A DNA stretch of 63,491 nt, the filler included, from Reclinomonas americana ATCC 50394 (Eukaryota): assembly GCA_048213135.1 (NCBI GenBank). It is 15 parts of 15 records of this genome, joined end to end, with 100 filler letters (N's around TTAATTAATTAA, not from the genome) between each part and the next. Parts side by side here need not be neighbours in the genome. Positions count along the whole stretch, not along the records: positions 57,274 to 62,161 come from AFZH01020462.1; positions 62,262 to 63,491 come from AFZH01020465.1; 13 more parts are not named here. The stretch is one strand, 5' to 3'. Positions 60,384 through 63,491 of the stretch are shown piece by piece. The translations under genes were made by a program, and so were the position numbers. The notes below the pieces were generated by a model. That model was not told where the DNA came from. It did no database searches and saw only the letters and a program-made list of their open reading frames with translations. Numbering within the stretch: the first letter of the stretch is position 1; each line of letters starts with the position of its first letter.

Positions 60384-62156
60384 TCACTCAACGAGGAACA
60401 CTTCGTAGTCAGCCACTTGAAAGTTCCGCGATCCCATCAGTGTCGTGGTGTCATATGCTCCACCATCAGTGCTCTGGTAATTGCCAGGTTGGCTGTAGCT
60501 GTTGCTGCTGCTGTTGCAGCTGTCGAACAAGATAAGGTCATGACTACCGTGGAACCAGGGTCCATATCCAGAACCGTGAGCAACGGCCTGTTGTTTCCTG
60601 TCAGCCTTCAGTGCAAATCGTCGCGCATTTGCACCACTCCACGACGCCGAGAACAAGAAAGTGGTGCCCGACACATCCGCGACCCAAGAAGCCGAAGCTG
60701 GAGACTGCCACGATACAGGCGTGTACCCGCCACACGCTCGTCCCGTCGACGACTTGACCACTGTCAGCGTCGCTCTGCGCACAGTCATTCATCGATCAGA
60801 CACCGCGCACAACGAACGCTCTCACTCTCCCCTCAATCACTCACCCTCGATTGTCACATCGCTGGTGAAATGCGGCTGCCTTAAATCCATCTCGACTGCC
60901 CTTGAACAGTAATGTCAACTTGGGCACAGCAGCACCGCCACCTCGCGCTTGTTGCACCCACTGCAGCACCACTCGCGCATCTGCCGCACTCAGCAGATCG
61001 CTGTCGGTTTTCACCCTCGCCCTCTCCCGCTCCTCACGTTCCCTGGCCTCACGCTCCCGCTCCTCCCGCTCTCTGGCTTGCCGCGCTCGCTCCTCCTGCT
61101 CTCTGGCCAGTCTCTCCCGCTCAGCCGCCTCGCGCTCCTGAATCGCTCGTTCACGCTCTTCCAGTGGCTCGAGACGGGCGAGCAGCTGCAGATGAGAGCA
61201 AAGGAGAGTGAGGGGAGGAGCAATGCGCTCGAATGGTCCACTGACATTCACACAACAGACCTGAGCAACACCTCTCTCGAGAGTTTCGCGCATGCGCTGC
61301 TCAGCGGCGAGTAGCTCACCAGCAGCTTGGCTCTCAGCTTGTCTCGCCTGTTGCTCGGCAGCGAGTTGCTGGCTGCATTGCACAAGCCGCTCATCTGTCA
61401 ACCGCAGTCGCTCCTCAACAGCCTGCATCGCCAATTGCTCCATTACAATGCGCTCGTTTGCAGCTTGCAGCTCACAAGTCAATCGCTCCTCAACAGCTTG
61501 TCTCGCTTGTTGCTCATCAGCCAGTTGCCGGCTGCATTGAACAAGGCGCTCATCTGCCAACTGCATGCGCTCCTCAACAACTTGTCTTGCCTCCCGCTCA
61601 GTGGCTACCATCTGCGACAGCTCTCGCATCCGACCATGCAGCTGTGCACACAAACACAACCCATATCAACTGCATGAATGACCAGCAGCATCCGCAGCCA
61701 ACTCACCTCTCGCAGCGGTCGCTCCACTCGCAACACATCGCACACTCGCTCATGCTCCTCTCGTTCACCAACAATACCACGCCATTCACACCCCAGTTCA
61801 CCACCGCGACACACTGTGTGCTGCAGTCGGCATTCCGTTTCTGCAACAAGAGACACAACATCAGTGTCATGAAAATACTTCTCTCCGCCAAGCACACTCA
61901 CCAAGATGCCTCTGCATATCCGCCAGTGAACACTGCTGCTGGCATTCACGCGGACACGCCCGCGTGCACCCACTCCAGCTGTGCTCCACCATCTCATTCA
62001 GCGCCATCCTCGCTCCACACGCGAGTGGACACTCTCGCAAGCACCCACTCCACTCATGCTCCACGGTGCGATCCAGTGCCATCTGCTGTCCACACCTCTT
62101 GCAGGCATACGGGCACTGCGTCAAGCCATGTGTCCGGTAGTAGTCACCCACCGTCT
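60384..62156 (-). CDS. TRAF-ZnF / coiled-coil / TLDc protein, copy 6 (5' exons in gap)
   Basis: ZnF exon ~61899-62156, the longest coiled-coil exon, and intact TLDc exons. Confidence 0.82.
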
Positions 62157-62624
62157 GTTCTNNNNNNNNNNNNNNNNNNNNNNNNNNNNNNNNNNNNNNN
62201 NNNNNTTAATTAATTAANNNNNNNNNNNNNNNNNNNNNNNNNNNNNNNNNNNNNNNNNNNNAGAGAGAGAGAGAGAGAGAGAGAAGAGAGAGAAGAGAGA
62301 GAGAAAGAGACGCACAAGGAACGAGGTCAGTGGCAAGAATGGAAGAGAGGCAACGAAACTCAAGCAGAGAGACAGAGACAGACAATCAAGGAAGACAATG
62401 TGAGAGAGAGAGAGAGAGAAAGAAAGAAAGAAAGAAAGAAAGACACAGGTTGTGAGCGACAGCAAACCCCAGCGGAGACAAACAAGGATGCCAACACAGT
62501 GCGTGGCAGGAGCACGCTTTGGAAACAGCGCAGCAAGCCCGTGACAAATAGAAAGAAGCACACCAAAGATGACAACACTGACAACGCCAACAGAAGAAAC
62601 ATCCCCCCTTTTCCTATTCGCGCA

Positions 62625-63372
62625 CCATCGCCGTCTTATTCTTCTGCGACAAATCATTGTTGGCGGCCACCACTCGATCAAACTTCTCCTGCGCGTCCCT
62701 GCGCTCCCGTGCACTGTCGCGCCGCAGTTCACTGCGCCCCCCGCCAACCAATGGTCACCATCACGATCACGAAAGCATGCACGGCCACCCCTGCACGCAA
62801 CTCCAACTGCGCCTTTTGCTTCTCCACCTCCCGCATCGTCAGCTCCAGCTGCTCCGACTTGCGTTTCTGCATGCCACAACTTCATCAACTATCCTCCCCC
62901 TCCGCACCCTCCCTTTGCCTTCCCCGGCCACTCACCAAGTTCCCCGACAGAGTCTCATAGTCGCACTCGAGCTTGCGGATCTTCTCCGCCGACTGCTCAC
63001 GATACCCGAGATCCACCTGCCGCTGCTGCAATAGTGCCGCCACGCAGTCGAGCACCTGACGCGCCTCGTAGTCCTCGAGCGGCTGTCGTGACGACGAGGA
63101 GGCCAGCACCGACGGCAGGGTGGGGAAGTTGTGCTCGCGCAGGGAGCGGTTGACGTAGGCCAGGCGCTCTTCCACCGAGTCGACGGCCAGGCGGTCGCCG
63201 CCGCCGCCGCCGCCCGTCAGTTCGGAGCGAGGGTAGACGAGGGCGGAGGAGCGGGCGCTACGTGTGTGGGTGTGAGGAGAGAGAGGATGGAAAGGAAGAA
63301 GGGAGGATGGGTGAATGGCACCTGCGAAAGGGACTGTCCTCGGGTTCGTCGTCGTAGGGACTGCCGTCGACC
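62625..63372 (-). CDS. ADIP/SSX2IP (Msd1)-family coiled-coil protein, internal fragment
   Basis: VEERLAYVNRSLREHNFP..VLDCVAALLQQRQVDLGYREQSAEKIRKLECD resembles the ADIP pattern YLNQ.L...GFP..NCIY.LLQQRQRD.EFRE. Coiled-coil exons follow. Confidence 0.7.
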
Positions 63373-63453
63373 TGTGAGGGAGGAGGAGGAGGAGGGCAGT
63401 GTGAGAAGCAAGAAGAGAATGATACAGCGAGTCGTTTGGGTAACGGGCCACAC

Positions 63454-63491
<38 letters not shown>

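Noticed and set aside
46614..60600. Diversity-generating retroelement as the source of the AAC/AGC-rich variable C-terminal patch
   Set aside because: No reverse transcriptase or free template repeat is in the window. Every variable patch sits inside a full intron-containing paralogue, so duplication plus selection is sufficient.

Overview
Gene-dense, intron-rich nuclear DNA from a eukaryote, probably a flagellated protist with mitochondria and selenocysteine machinery (inferred from gene content). It is a scaffold of contigs joined by 14 artificial N-TTAATTAATTAA-N spacers. All gene models were spliced by hand and no searches were run. Left to right: an IFI44-like P-loop GTPase, RFC2, a CCDC42/CFAP73-like coiled-coil gene, mitochondrial uL3, one or two very large membrane/surface-protein genes (NHL propellers, Ig-like repeats, PKD-like transmembrane end), MFSD5/MOT2, a GT-A glycosyltransferase-like gene and PSTK. 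Next comes a ~20 kb accessory block: a Crinkler-type NTPase-REase-HhH gene, then six tandem RING / TRAF-type zinc finger / coiled-coil / TLDc genes. An ADIP/SSX2IP-like gene ends the window. The best candidate for a new system is the TLDc array. Its layout parallels TRIM/TRAF proteins, its C-terminal TLDc patch changes almost only by amino-acid replacement, and it shows mosaic copies, variable rod length and decaying members. I infer a diversifying intracellular recognition/E3-ligase locus beside a nuclease effector. A recurrent GTTGCG 5' splice site is a second notable feature.
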